From: Antedon mediterranea
Lineage: Eukaryota; Animalia; Echinodermata
Assembly: GCF_964355755.1 (NCBI RefSeq)
Contig: NC_092670.1
Coordinates: forward strand, 23,360,795 to 23,424,794
Direction: 5' to 3'
DNA: 64,000 nucleotides
Part shown: piece by piece, positions 12,501-24,500 of the stretch
How the letters are laid out: each line of letters opens with the position of its first letter
Position numbering within the stretch: the first letter of the stretch is position 1
Made by a program: the position numbers and the translations under genes
The notes under the pieces: generated by a model
The model's input: the letters and a program-made list of their open reading frames with translations, nothing else
Told to the model about the DNA's origin: nothing
Databases searched by the model: none

Positions 12501-15500
12501 GCCTTCTGAAAATCAAAGTAAATGCAATCAAATGAAAGACCTTTATCCAACCATGATGTCCACAAATCTATGACTTAATTAACTGAGTAACACATGACTT
12601 ACCAGAATGGAAGCCATGCTGTTGTTCTTTAAGCAGGTTACAAGTTTCCAAATGATCATAGATTTTATCTTTCACAAATTTCTCCATCGTTTTGCATAGT
12701 GGAAGTTAGGCTTACAGGTCTGTAATTCAATGGTTCACTTTTATTACCCTTTTTAAACAGAGGTACTACTTCAGCTCTCTTCCAAGAGTCAGGGACTTCT
12801 CCTACAGCCATTAATTTGTTAAATAATAAAGTAATTACTCCTTCAATAACGTCAGCAGTTTCTTTAAAGATGTATTGTCCCTTTGACTAATTCCAAAAAA
12901 ATAAAAAATAAAAGATTTCGAAAAAAGGTGGGTCATTTTGAAGTATCATAATAGAAGACCCCTTCCCTGCAATTTTGGACGTTTTTTGGAAAATAATACA
13001 TATATATCACTTTAAAAACATTAAAGCATGTCATTCCTTGTCTTAAATGTACGTTTTATGGTAAATTATGATAAAAAGTGAAAAACAATGCACTACCTAA
13101 GTAGCTTGCGGCGATCGACCTCTCGTGGACGGTCTTAGGCCTAGCCTAGCTAGGCTTAGTTTTGTAGGCCTAGCTGGTAAACATCGGTAACGTACGAACA
13201 TCGTACGCTAGCTATATACCTAGCCTGACGTTGTATAGTTGCTGCATTAATTGTCTTTCTATTTTTGCCAGACTCCGTTGATACCAATTGGGGAAAAAAA
13301 AATCGAAAAGTGGGCGAATTACAGCTGAAAAACAAAAATATCAATCCGCACGCAATGCATTTTGGGATTTAAAGCGGGCCGTTATAATTACTAGAATCGA
13401 CTTATTTTTCACATTTTTAACCGTTTAAAGACAAAAAAAGTTATCGCAATAGGACCATATAGTATTATTTTTAAATTAAATATAGTTTGTGATCTTAAAT
13501 TAGATCTAAAAAACGTAGGGAAGGGGGCTTTAACTATCACCAAAAATTTTTTTACTGAAATACAGACGTTTTTGTGTTAAAAAAAATAACTTTGACTTCC
13601 AGTCAAAGTTTTCAATCCAAACATATCCCATAATGAAATGCGCTTGTTTGGCTACTCTGTATGCATAATCATAAAACTTCCTCATGATCTGTGTGAAAAT
13701 ACCTTCTTAACCGTGACGAGTTGTAAACAATCCTAATTTAGCATATGCATAATGCGTACTCATGGCTTGAAATCTTTGTTTACTTTCGCTCGTGACGATT
13801 TTCCAGATGAAATGTAATCAAACTAATTTACCTGTTAATTACGTAAACTTGGTGTTTTTGGCTTAAATTTTCGACTTAAAATGAGTAACTTTAATATTAC
13901 TTTGATATGGCAACTTTAAATTTAGAATATTTTGACCTTCATTTTTTTGTGTTTCAAGGGACAATACATCTTTAAGAATTTATCATATCAGGGCCAGGAG
14001 ATTTACTTACATCTAAACCCTTCAAATGCTTCACAACGTCTTCCACCTCAAAGAAAACTGAATCGACTCTATTATCTGTTTTTTTATTTATTTATTGCGT
14101 TCCTCTGAATCAAAATGTTGGGGTTGGGTAGAATTCTCTTTGGTATACACTTTAACAAATGCCTCATTAAAAATTTCTGCTTTCATTTTACTTGAAGACA
14201 CAGACACTCCACTATGATCTACCAATTCTGGAATACCATGCTTAATATTTGTGCCGTAGTGGTTGGCTCTACACCTTCAGGAAGAGATCCTGGCCATTCT
14301 TCCGGGTCAAGTCTACGACTTACTCGTCATCCTGGCCCAAGATTCTCCCGACTGCCTCTGCGGTTGGGTATAGCAGCTGTGGTGCACCCACTCGTTGCCC
14401 CGGTGGAGCGAAGTAGGGCCCATCAGACTCCAACAACAGGCGGCGGTCATCAGTTTAAAGATATGTCTGCACGCGTCCCCCTGCTCAGCGTTGAAATAGG
14501 TTAGGGGAAAACACTCTGAACCTATCGACCATCAACATAGTCAAAGGGAAGTTGTGGAGCAGGATGCGAACACTACTTGGAATCCGTGCTAGATGTTCAG
14601 GCACTTCTGGTAGCACGTCTCTGCTGTTGGATCGTTGCGACTGCCTCTCAGCTACACCTCTTTCTGTGTAAATTGGCCTTTAGGCTGGGTGGAGGCTGGA
14701 ATTCTCGGCCTCAGCTTCGACGGGTGGCTGGGGTTTCTCATCCTTGCAAGATCCATTCGCTGGGCCATCGTGACCATATAGCGCCAGTAGATTATGGCCT
14801 CCGGCGGTTCACCTATCGGCGCTTGTAGGTCGAACATCAGGTCCAGGGTCTTCTGTGCGATGCTGCCTACTGTACATGTGGACAGAAGGTCTTTTCGTTG
14901 TTTAGTTGGGTGACCAGGTCGTCCAAGGCGGACTCCGGTCTCCCCATAATCATAGCGGCGTACTTCCGCAACTGGCATAGTTTGGTTCTTGTCTTCTTTG
15001 GGGTGGATGGCAGCTTGAAGCATGCGAAGATGGTGAGACCACATATGCCTCCTCATGTGGTGTACCGACTCGTACACGCATCCTGGGAAAACACACAGGT
15101 TCTTCAGCCGGGGTCGTGGATCCGCTGTTGCCGCGTTTTTTTTTACCTCTCACAGGTTGGTTGGCGTAGGCCAGCTTCTACATCTGTGTCGGAGATTGTT
15201 GGAGATCGCCGGCGACACACAACATTCTACCCTTCTCTGTAAAAAAACACACTTTTTGGGTTTTAGTTTAAGGTTGGAATTCCTAAATCTTCCCAGGACA
15301 GTGGTTAAGTTATTCAGTTCATTGTCTTCAAAGGTTTTTCCCAGAACGACAATATCATCCAGAAATGCTAATACGATGTTCCATATATCAATCCTTGTAG
15401 TACTAACCCCATGACACAGGACGTAGCAGGCCAAATGGCATTTTGACGAATTTATAAAAAAAACATGCTTGGTGATGAACACAGTTTTCCTCTGGTCCTC

Positions 15501-18500
15501 CTCCTTCATTGGGATCTACTCTTATAGGGTGTCAAGCTTGGAGAACCAGATGTTTCCAATCCTGCAATCCAAAAAAAAAAATTACTGGCTGTCAACTGCT
15601 AGAAGAATATGTCTACAAGCAACAATTCAACTGGATCGGACATGTAATTAAAAAAGAAAATGAAGATCCTTAAAAAATTCTTACTTTTCACACAACACAA
15701 AGTAAACGAAGAGGTCGGAAGATACCATCAGTACTTGATAGAGTTGTACAACAAAGTCAACTTACTAGATGCAACTTCATTGGAGCCTGCTTCAACAGAA
15801 ATTTATAATTCCCAGCAATGTTTTAACTGTATATATAAACTGTTTTATAAGTTGTTTTGTGACTGTGCAATTTAGTAGTAAGCACTCTCATACTGTACAT
15901 TTAAAAGTAACACATCCAAATGCCAACTTTAAGTCAATGGCTACCAGATGTCTCTGTGAGACGGTTATTTGAACCAGTACCTGCAGTACCAGTAATCCTT
16001 TACTAACGGCAACAGATAGGCATCCTTGGTGGTGATTATTCAATGCCCGATAGTCTATGCAGAAGGGCACGGAGCTGTCACTCTTCCGTACCAGGACTGG
16101 TGCTGATGCTTACTCTGAGATGGATGGTTTACCGTAATCACACCAGCTCAAAACATCTTTTTTATTATCTCCTTCTCCTCTTCATGAGGAAAGCGAAGCG
16201 GCATTGGTTGGAGCCGTTGCTTGATAGCTGAGGCCTTGCCTGTATCTATGGCATACTCGATATCTTCGAAAGTGCCAATATCAAACTGATGCGAAGCAAA
16301 AACTTGATGCTGGATGATGAGAGAAGACAACGGTATGAATTTGAAGTCGGAGAGATCAGCACGGGACGCTTCTAGCATGTCCACCAGATTACTGGGTACC
16401 GCTGAAACAGGTTCATTATGACTGGTTAAGGAACATACTTCTGCGGCGTTGATTTCACTCTCCAGGTCGACTTCTGTGGCTCTAGCAATGTCTCTTCCCT
16501 GCTTCATGGTGACGTACATGTCGACCACACACAGGTGCGGAGTGCGCAAACCTTGATGTGTGGTAGCTGGAATTGCCACAGATGCATTGATCTGGATCTA
16601 TAAAAAAGTCTGGTAAAGGTAAATGGTTAGGTGAAAGTTGACATGGGACGTGTGCTACAGAGTGAGGGGGTATCACTCTACGCTTGGCGACAAGAACACG
16701 AGCGGTCCTTGGTGTGTAGGAATTCGACTCTAGCCTAAAATGAATAGGTCTCACTTTGTAACCAGGTATCGATGTCCCTCTACCCGCTATGGTAAAGTCA
16801 AGTTGGCCACAATAGGTGGTTTAGGAACTAGACGGAATATACTTTTTCTTTAAGTATTGTCTTGTCCGGTCCGCGGCCGTGTCCACATCAGCTGTTACCT
16901 CAGTCTGGTTTATGTAGACCGTAGTGTATATGGCTAGTTTGGATCATACTCTATTATTCAGACGTGACGGCTGCCTCAACTTGTTGGGCTAACTTCGGAC
17001 AGTCCTTCCTGAAGTGGCCTGGTTCTCAACATTCATCACACACTCTCAGTCTCAGGGGTGAGGTTGAATACTGTCTACACGGCGATGGCTGCAATGCAGT
17101 TAATAGACTGTTGAACCGGGTCATCAACTGGCCGACGTTGGTCATCAACTGGTCAACATTCGTGTTCAGTTGACCAAATTGACGTTCGACTGCTTCCATC
17201 CATGAAAACCCAATTGTCTTTCCCTAATAAATAATAGACTTTTGGGAATATCTAATATCTACCTAAGAGCTCTGCACTCGGTAGTCCACAAGTCAGCGAA
17301 ATATTCATCATGCTCACTTTCACTAAGAGTCATCCTCCCAGGCCCAGCCAACATGTGTAGTCTGAGGTTCACCTCTAGAGGCATGCCTTGTGGAAGCTAG
17401 AGGCATGCCTTGTGGAGGGTTGAAATCTCCTATCTATTGATTTCCTATGATCATAACAAGGTTCATAAGAGTCTGGAGTCTGCTGTGTTTTATAGAAGCT
17501 ATATACGGCCATACTGCGTTGAAACACCGGTTCTCGTCAGATCACCGAAGTTAAGGAACGTTGTGTCCGGTTGCGTTCTGGATGGGAGACCGTCTAGAAA
17601 TCGTGGCGGGTGCTGTATATACTGGAGAGTGATGGTGTAATGGTAATATCGGACTAGCATGTGATAGGCATGGGTTCGAGGTTATCTGTACCATACTAAT
17701 TGCATCCTTAGGCAAGATGCTTTACTCTCATTGCCTAATCTGGTAGGCGCTGCACTGCTGGCTGCCGTGGGTCCGTGGAGGGCCTAATCCGAATTTCCTC
17801 ACTGAGGACAAATATTAATACAAATACAAAAATACAAATCTTTTCTTTCCCTATCATACATTGATCTCTTATTTTATAATGCATGGTAAACACACAGTCC
17901 CAAAATCATGTGCGTGGTGTATATTGATCAGTTCAGACCGCTGCTCTCTTCGGTTACGACGCACATGACCTCGGAATACTCGGTAGACTGAACCATTTTG
18001 AGGAGGGGTATTTCACTACAGATAAGGAGGCCTAATTTTTTTTTTGCGCAATTTGTACATTTTTAATAACAAAATTTATAAGTTTGAAGTTTAAACTTAT
18101 TATTTTTGGAAGTGATAAGCACTGGGTCGGAATAGTAGAATACTGACTGATTAGTATGTAATTTATTATTTTCTTTATTATTATGTACAATAAACAAGTA
18201 AGAAATGTAAATTTACACTTATATTGACGCCGCAGTACCAATTGTGTCATCCATAATTTGTTACATCTCCCACTCCACACATTTCAATACCTGCCATTTT
18301 GACATGCCACGTCCATTTTTCACAGACTGCAAGTTCTGTTTGTTATAATAACAATCGTAATCATAACACATCTTGCGTCGCCAGCATCATCATGTGCTGC
18401 ACTCACATATCTACCCATCTCCAGGTTTATGTGTTCTTCACCTGCCTATGATGTCCGTGACAATCCTCTACTAGATCAGAAAGGCTTGCCTAGGTTCAAG

Positions 18501-21500
18501 GCTATTGCACCAGATCATGTTGTACCTGCAGTGAAACACCTTGTACAAGAAACTGAGACTGATTTGAAAAAGTTAGAAGCTGGACTGAAAGGTGGTTTAT
18601 TTTTTTTTAAGTACATCAATTATTAATGTAGTCACTATGGTTCCATTTACAAGGAAATGTACACATAAAAATGTTTCATAAAGTTTAGTTTGATAACAGG
18701 TTTTTAGAAGTGGAGTTTAGCACAACCTAGTGTACCCTAGCATACTAGTTTTCAAACGCCGAGTTTGACAACAAAAGTTTTCCAAAGTTTGTATGGTAAA
18801 CTAGTTTGCAGAAGTTTGAAAATGCACCTTCTTGATAAACTAGTTTGCTTAGGTTTGTGAACAGCGATTCAAATAACAATCTTTGGGTGCCTTGCAGTCA
18901 TGTGATCTTCCAAATAGGACACAAAGACAACTATCCTTGGACAAGAATAAAAAACACAGAGTTTGCAAACAAATGTTTAGTGAATTTGCTTGAGTGTGGG
19001 CTAGCCTTTAATCTGTAATACTCTAGTAACTATAAATCAAGCAAATGGCTTTAAATGAAAAATTGTTTTACATTGTATTATTAACTTGATTTGTTCTTTA
19101 TAGATGATACCAAAGTCAAGACATGGCAATCAGTGGGAGAACCGCTAGAATTGCTTGGCTCTCGACTTTCCTATGCATGGAGTGTGATCAGTCACTTAAA
19201 TGGTGTAAAGAATAGTGACAAGCTGAGGAAAGCACACCAAGATGCTCAACCAGATGTGGTCAAAATCTCCAGTTCAGTTGCACAGAGCCAACATGTTTAT
19301 AATGCTATGAAAGTAGGTGGAAAACAGTCTTTTGCCACTTTCAAAACACCAAGCACACCAAACAAAATGCTGGTGTTGATGCAATGTGTGTGTGAACAGA
19401 GTTTTGCTAATGTTGACTGTTGACCAGTGAGTGACATGATGTCAATGTCTCAGGGAGTCGGTAAACTCCAGTTAACTCTTTTCTAGACGGTGTGAAAGGG
19501 GGCATAGGTCGAACTCTTCTGAAATGAAGATATGGTGTGCAACTATACTTAGTAATTAGTTTTGAAATACTCTTCATCCTTCTTTATTATTAGAATAGAC
19601 TTAGGCTTCTAAGGTATTTACTATTCCTCCCTTCCTTACCAATTTTAAGTGCCACTACTGCTTATCTTATTGATATCAAGAATATATAAAAAATGATCTT
19701 ATTATTAGATTGATTATCATTTTTCAGGAGCTTAATAAGAACAGTGGCGGCCTGGATAGGGCACAGGTACGAATCATCAGTTCTGCCGTCCTTGGTTCTA
19801 GACTAGGAGGAGCTGAGTTAACTGGTTCAGATAAAGACAGGTTTAACAAGATTAGTCAAGATTTAGCTGTTCTGGGTAACACATTTAGGTAAGTATGAAA
19901 CGCTGATGTTGCAAAACAAAGAAAAATAAATGTATTTTTGGGTAGAGAGAGATACTTGGATGTTGGGACCGACTGAAAGGAAAAGGCAGACTATTGAGGT
20001 TTTTTTCCTCAAAGAATTTGTAATATTTTTAGGACAATTCAAGAGGTGCACTTTGATTTGGTCTCTCAGTAAAGTCATTATTAACCATTAAGAGAGGATT
20101 TACCTGATATTAATATTTAATACAATGTACACAATATAAATACATTTAAAACAATAACTAAGATTTATTTTGATATATTTTGATATAGATAAAAACGAAA
20201 CAGAAAACGCAATCATTTTGTATGAAGAGGAATTTACATCCTGAGAGGTCCTCTGAGATAAAACAAAGCACAATATTTAGGACTAAAAAAAGAAGTTAAA
20301 TTTATCTGTTCTTATGTTTCATTTTATCAGTAATAATGTATTGGACTCTACAAAAGCCTTTGATCTAAAATTGACAGACAAGAAAGATGTTGAAGGACTT
20401 CCAGATACTTTGCTACAGTTAATGGCCAGCAACGCAGAAGAGAAACCAAGGTAACTGACATCAGGGGTATGCCTTTTCTAAAGCCCTTGATTATGCCAAA
20501 TACCAGTTTAAAGAAACATTTGACCACCTTATGATTGTTTTCTCCTAAAGCTCAGTCTACTCTATCAAACTTTATGCGACAAAACAATTTGTATATGGAC
20601 ATGATGATGTCATATCACTACCATATTTTGGCATATTACTACAATATTTGGGCACACACATTTTTTTGTCAAACTAGATAGTGTAGACAAAGCTTTATAC
20701 ATATTAAATTAGTTATTCATGGAGATGCACTTAGGCACAAATGTCGCAATTTCAAGTTATCTAATGTGTAGCAATGCAGGGATCATATAAATTAAATGAT
20801 CAAAATATTAATGGGGTATACTGTATTGTCTAGAAAATGTGTTATAATCATTTATAAAGTTTAACCTTTTTTCTTATGCATTAGTGATTATAAAAGCGGG
20901 CCTTGGAAGGTGACCCTAGACATGCCATGCTTTGAACCTTTTATGAAGCACTCAAAGAATCCGGCCTTGCGTGAATCTCTATATCGGTCATTCATAAAAC
21001 GAGCCTCTGAGGGCGATCACGACAACACACAGGTTATTGAAGACATTAGAAAGCTTAGGTGAGATTTTTTAACAAGTTAAAAATTATGAGAAAGATTAAG
21101 TTTTGTGTTAAAAATTAATTGTCGCTAGTGGTTGATTGATTGAGGGCACGCACATTGTTATGTTGTCCTAGCCTGATGAACTTCTGAACTTAAGTCAAAA
21201 CAAACATTTTGTAGGCCTTATTGAAGGTACTAGAAAGCTTACTTACTGCTGTAAAAAAAAACCCAAATATTTCCTTTTATTTAATAGAAAAGAGAAAGCA
21301 GGCCTGCTGGGATATGACAATTTTGCAGCCCTGTCTTTAGAAATGAAAATGGCTTCCAATGTTGACAATGTTTGGAAGCTTATTAATAGTTTGAAGGACA
21401 AAAGTAAAATAGCATCAGAAAAGTAAGTACCATACTTTGTATGTTATATAACAAGGATAACAAGTTCCTGGATTGTAAGTGGGTAAAACAGGTTTCATGT

Positions 21501-24500
21501 ATGACCTATTGTAGTAACTCTGTGTCTAAATATGCATCTAAATTCCCATTTAGAAAATGCACCCGAATTTAAAGTATGTTTTAAGAGTCATTCTTCACAC
21601 AGACGCATCAGATTTGGTGTAAAATAATTAAATTGCTAACTCTTTCTTTCCATGTACAAAATAAATTATTACCTACATAAATTATTAGTCGGTGTAACTG
21701 TGTAAATTATTTTCCTGATTTTATTTTAGAGAGTATTCTGAGTTGCAAAGTTTTGCAAATGAGAATGGCTTCCAGGGTAAGCTGCAGTTGTGGGATATGG
21801 CGTATTGGTCGGAAAGACGCAGAGAGCACTTATTCAAGTATGAGCATTATGAATTATGTATAGTGTTTTATGATTAAAATTGTGCACAATTTAACTAAGG
21901 ATATGACTCAATTGAATGCTGGCACAAACCCCCTTCCTCAGATTGCTAAACTTACATTTGTGAAATCTCATTGTTTCTAATGACATAATTTTTATTTTTA
22001 GAATGAATGATGAAATCTTGAGGCCATATTTTCCTCTACCAAAAGTTCTACATGGGCTTTTCAACTTAACATCTTTCCTGTTTAATGTTCAAATTATAGT
22101 AAGTAAAGTTTCTTTAATATCTGAATGTTTCAGCATAGTTACTGTACATCATACATGAGTATAAAAATACACTACAAATAAATTTACCCCATGATCCATT
22201 GTCTTCATCTACTATATTTTTAATTTCTTAAGTGTGATGTGCCCAAATTTGGTAGTGATATGCCCAAATATGGTAGTGATATGCCCAAATATGGTAGTGA
22301 TATGACATCAACATGTCCATATATAGGCACATCACGTAATATTTTCAGATCAGATAGATAGATAATATTTATTTAGATAATAATGAATGAATATATACAA
22401 AATAGAAAAAAGATATTAAAGTGAACATAGATAAAGCAGTAATTGGTAGTCATTATTATCATGGATCCCTTCTAGAAGTTAAAAACTTGTCTCGTAGGGA
22501 CCCATAACAAAACACATTACTAAAAAAATAAAAATAACCTAGAATATATAATTATATAATTTAGGATAAAAAATTACAGTATAATAACATAACTAACATC
22601 TTCTTTATAAAAATTATTTAAATTATATTTCAATAGTTTCATGATAATTATAAATGAAATAACTACCGATATTGGTAAATGAAAAAAAAATATGTATACA
22701 TAAATTATAATTCCAGTATATATATAGTATATACTATATACATTATATATAGTATAGATTAAAGATTGCAATAATAAACAACAACTAATATTTTGTGTAA
22801 GACATAAATAGTATATGAGTATAAATAATGATAATAAGCATATTAACTAAGCAGTATAATATTTAGATATATAATGATTCTTTAACTTTTTTCGCCACAT
22901 AAAGTTTGATAATGTAGACAGAGATTAACTAGCACTTTCTTCAATATTAATTTACAGCCCGATTTTGATGAATCTGTGGAGACTTGGCATCCTGATGTCA
23001 AATTCTTTAACATCAATGACGAAAATGGTATGATACTGATTCGTGACTCTCAATTACTTTAATTGGCATGTTTTTCTTTACTTATCAATCAATCAATCAA
23101 TAATTTTTATTTCTCAAATAAAAACAAAATACAGTTAACATTTTCTAAAAATAATAGATAATAAATGAGAAAAAGGGGTACCCCACTGGAAGCTTAAGCT
23201 TTAAATTGTGGGGTCCTGGCAACATAATTAAAAATAAGGTAAGGTAAGAAATATATATAATATATGATAATGAACATAAAAAGACATTTAACTTAACAAA
23301 TGCAGTTATTATTTGACTTAAGACAGATATATGATCAACTTAAACAATAATAGTAGAAACAAGGTAAAAAAAAACTTTCAATTAAACAGTACACTGGTCA
23401 TAACAATGATCAAAAATAATTTATTTAAGAGCGAGTATGTATTCAATATCTTAATATTTGCATAAATATATGGCACTATGGCTTGGTGCTTGCTTGCAAA
23501 TTCTAGGGTCTTTGGTTAAATCCTGTACTTTTTTTACCCCAATAAAGCGGCAGAAGATTGATATTAGACTTGGATTTATTACTTGCTGTTGGATTGCGTG
23601 AAAATAGAAAATATGATTATGAGTATAATTTGTTTCAGGTAATCGTGTAGCATCCTTTTTTCTGGATCCTTTCAGTCGACCAGCTGAGAAAAGGGGTGGA
23701 GCCTGGATGGACACCTGTCTTGGTATATATTTCTTATAGAATGTTTCTTGTAAAATTTAGTATTAGTTTATTCATTAACTGTATCCTTGCCTTCTGCATA
23801 AATGTGAGGCACAGGACCTAATAATGCATTTTTTGGTGATATTTTATTTAAAAAAATCTATAGCATTATTATATAGATATTATGATTAAGATGAGAATAA
23901 AAAGTCTGTTGATTTTATAGATAAAAGTGAACTGCTAAATCAGCGACCAGTAGCTTACTTGATCTGTAATCAGTCGCCACCAGTGGATGGCAGGACTTCT
24001 TTGATGACATTCAGGGAAGTGGAGACTCTTTTCCATGAGGTTTGTAAGAACTTTCGTTATATTACTGTTATTAAAGGGAAACTTTTAGGACCAAACAGTG
24101 TGACCTTTATGATTGTCCCTTTAATATGGTTGTCTTTTTAATATGGGTGTCTCTTTTATAGTGGTGTCCCTTTAATATGGGTGTCCCTTTAATACTAGTT
24201 TCCCTTTAATATGGGTGTCTTCTGAAAAGGTTGTAGTGTTAAATGATACATTGTCTAGTTGTTTGTTTCTCGGAAAAGTGTTCCCTTAATAGGAGTTTTC
24301 CCCGAATAGAAGTGTCCCAAAGGAGTTCCTTTGTGGCAAATCAAAGTTACTAGTTAGTCTATTCGACACAGGAAGATGGAATTCCTCCATGATTTAACCA
24401 GTTCCTTTGTCGTATAATACTAGTAACTGATGGTCAAAGGTTAAATCATGGAGAAATTATAATTCCTCCATTGTTCTATACAGCTTAAAGTTTGTTTGCA

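Larger units (their letters stand above)
11341..14250 (-). mobile_element. 5'-truncated CR1-group LINE (RT domain), interrupted by TTAA elements
   Basis: ORFs 12565-11771 ([31 protein letters not shown]) and 11903-11484 ([24 protein letters not shown]); KSPGPD near 14010-13990; CAAGGTAAA-type 3' tail near 11345-11360. Confidence 0.9.
14269..17200 (-). mobile_element. Gypsy LTR retrotransposon copy 2, heavily decayed, no LTRs seen
   Basis: [14 protein letters not shown] knuckle (about 17040-16995), protease VDTAAD (about 16885), [11 protein letters not shown] shared with copy 1, RT fragments FCIDYRALN and [25 protein letters not shown]. Confidence 0.88.

Noticed and set aside
14269-14650. Host TATDN gene or bacterial contamination
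   Set aside because: Intronless, frameshifted, collinear and contiguous with Gypsy pol remnants, and inside a eukaryotic intron; better explained as element cargo, though a retrocopy is not fully excluded.
17501-17622. Functional 5S rRNA gene
   Set aside because: Single copy, several substitutions and indels in the 3' half, no oligo-T terminator, and fused to SINE sequence.
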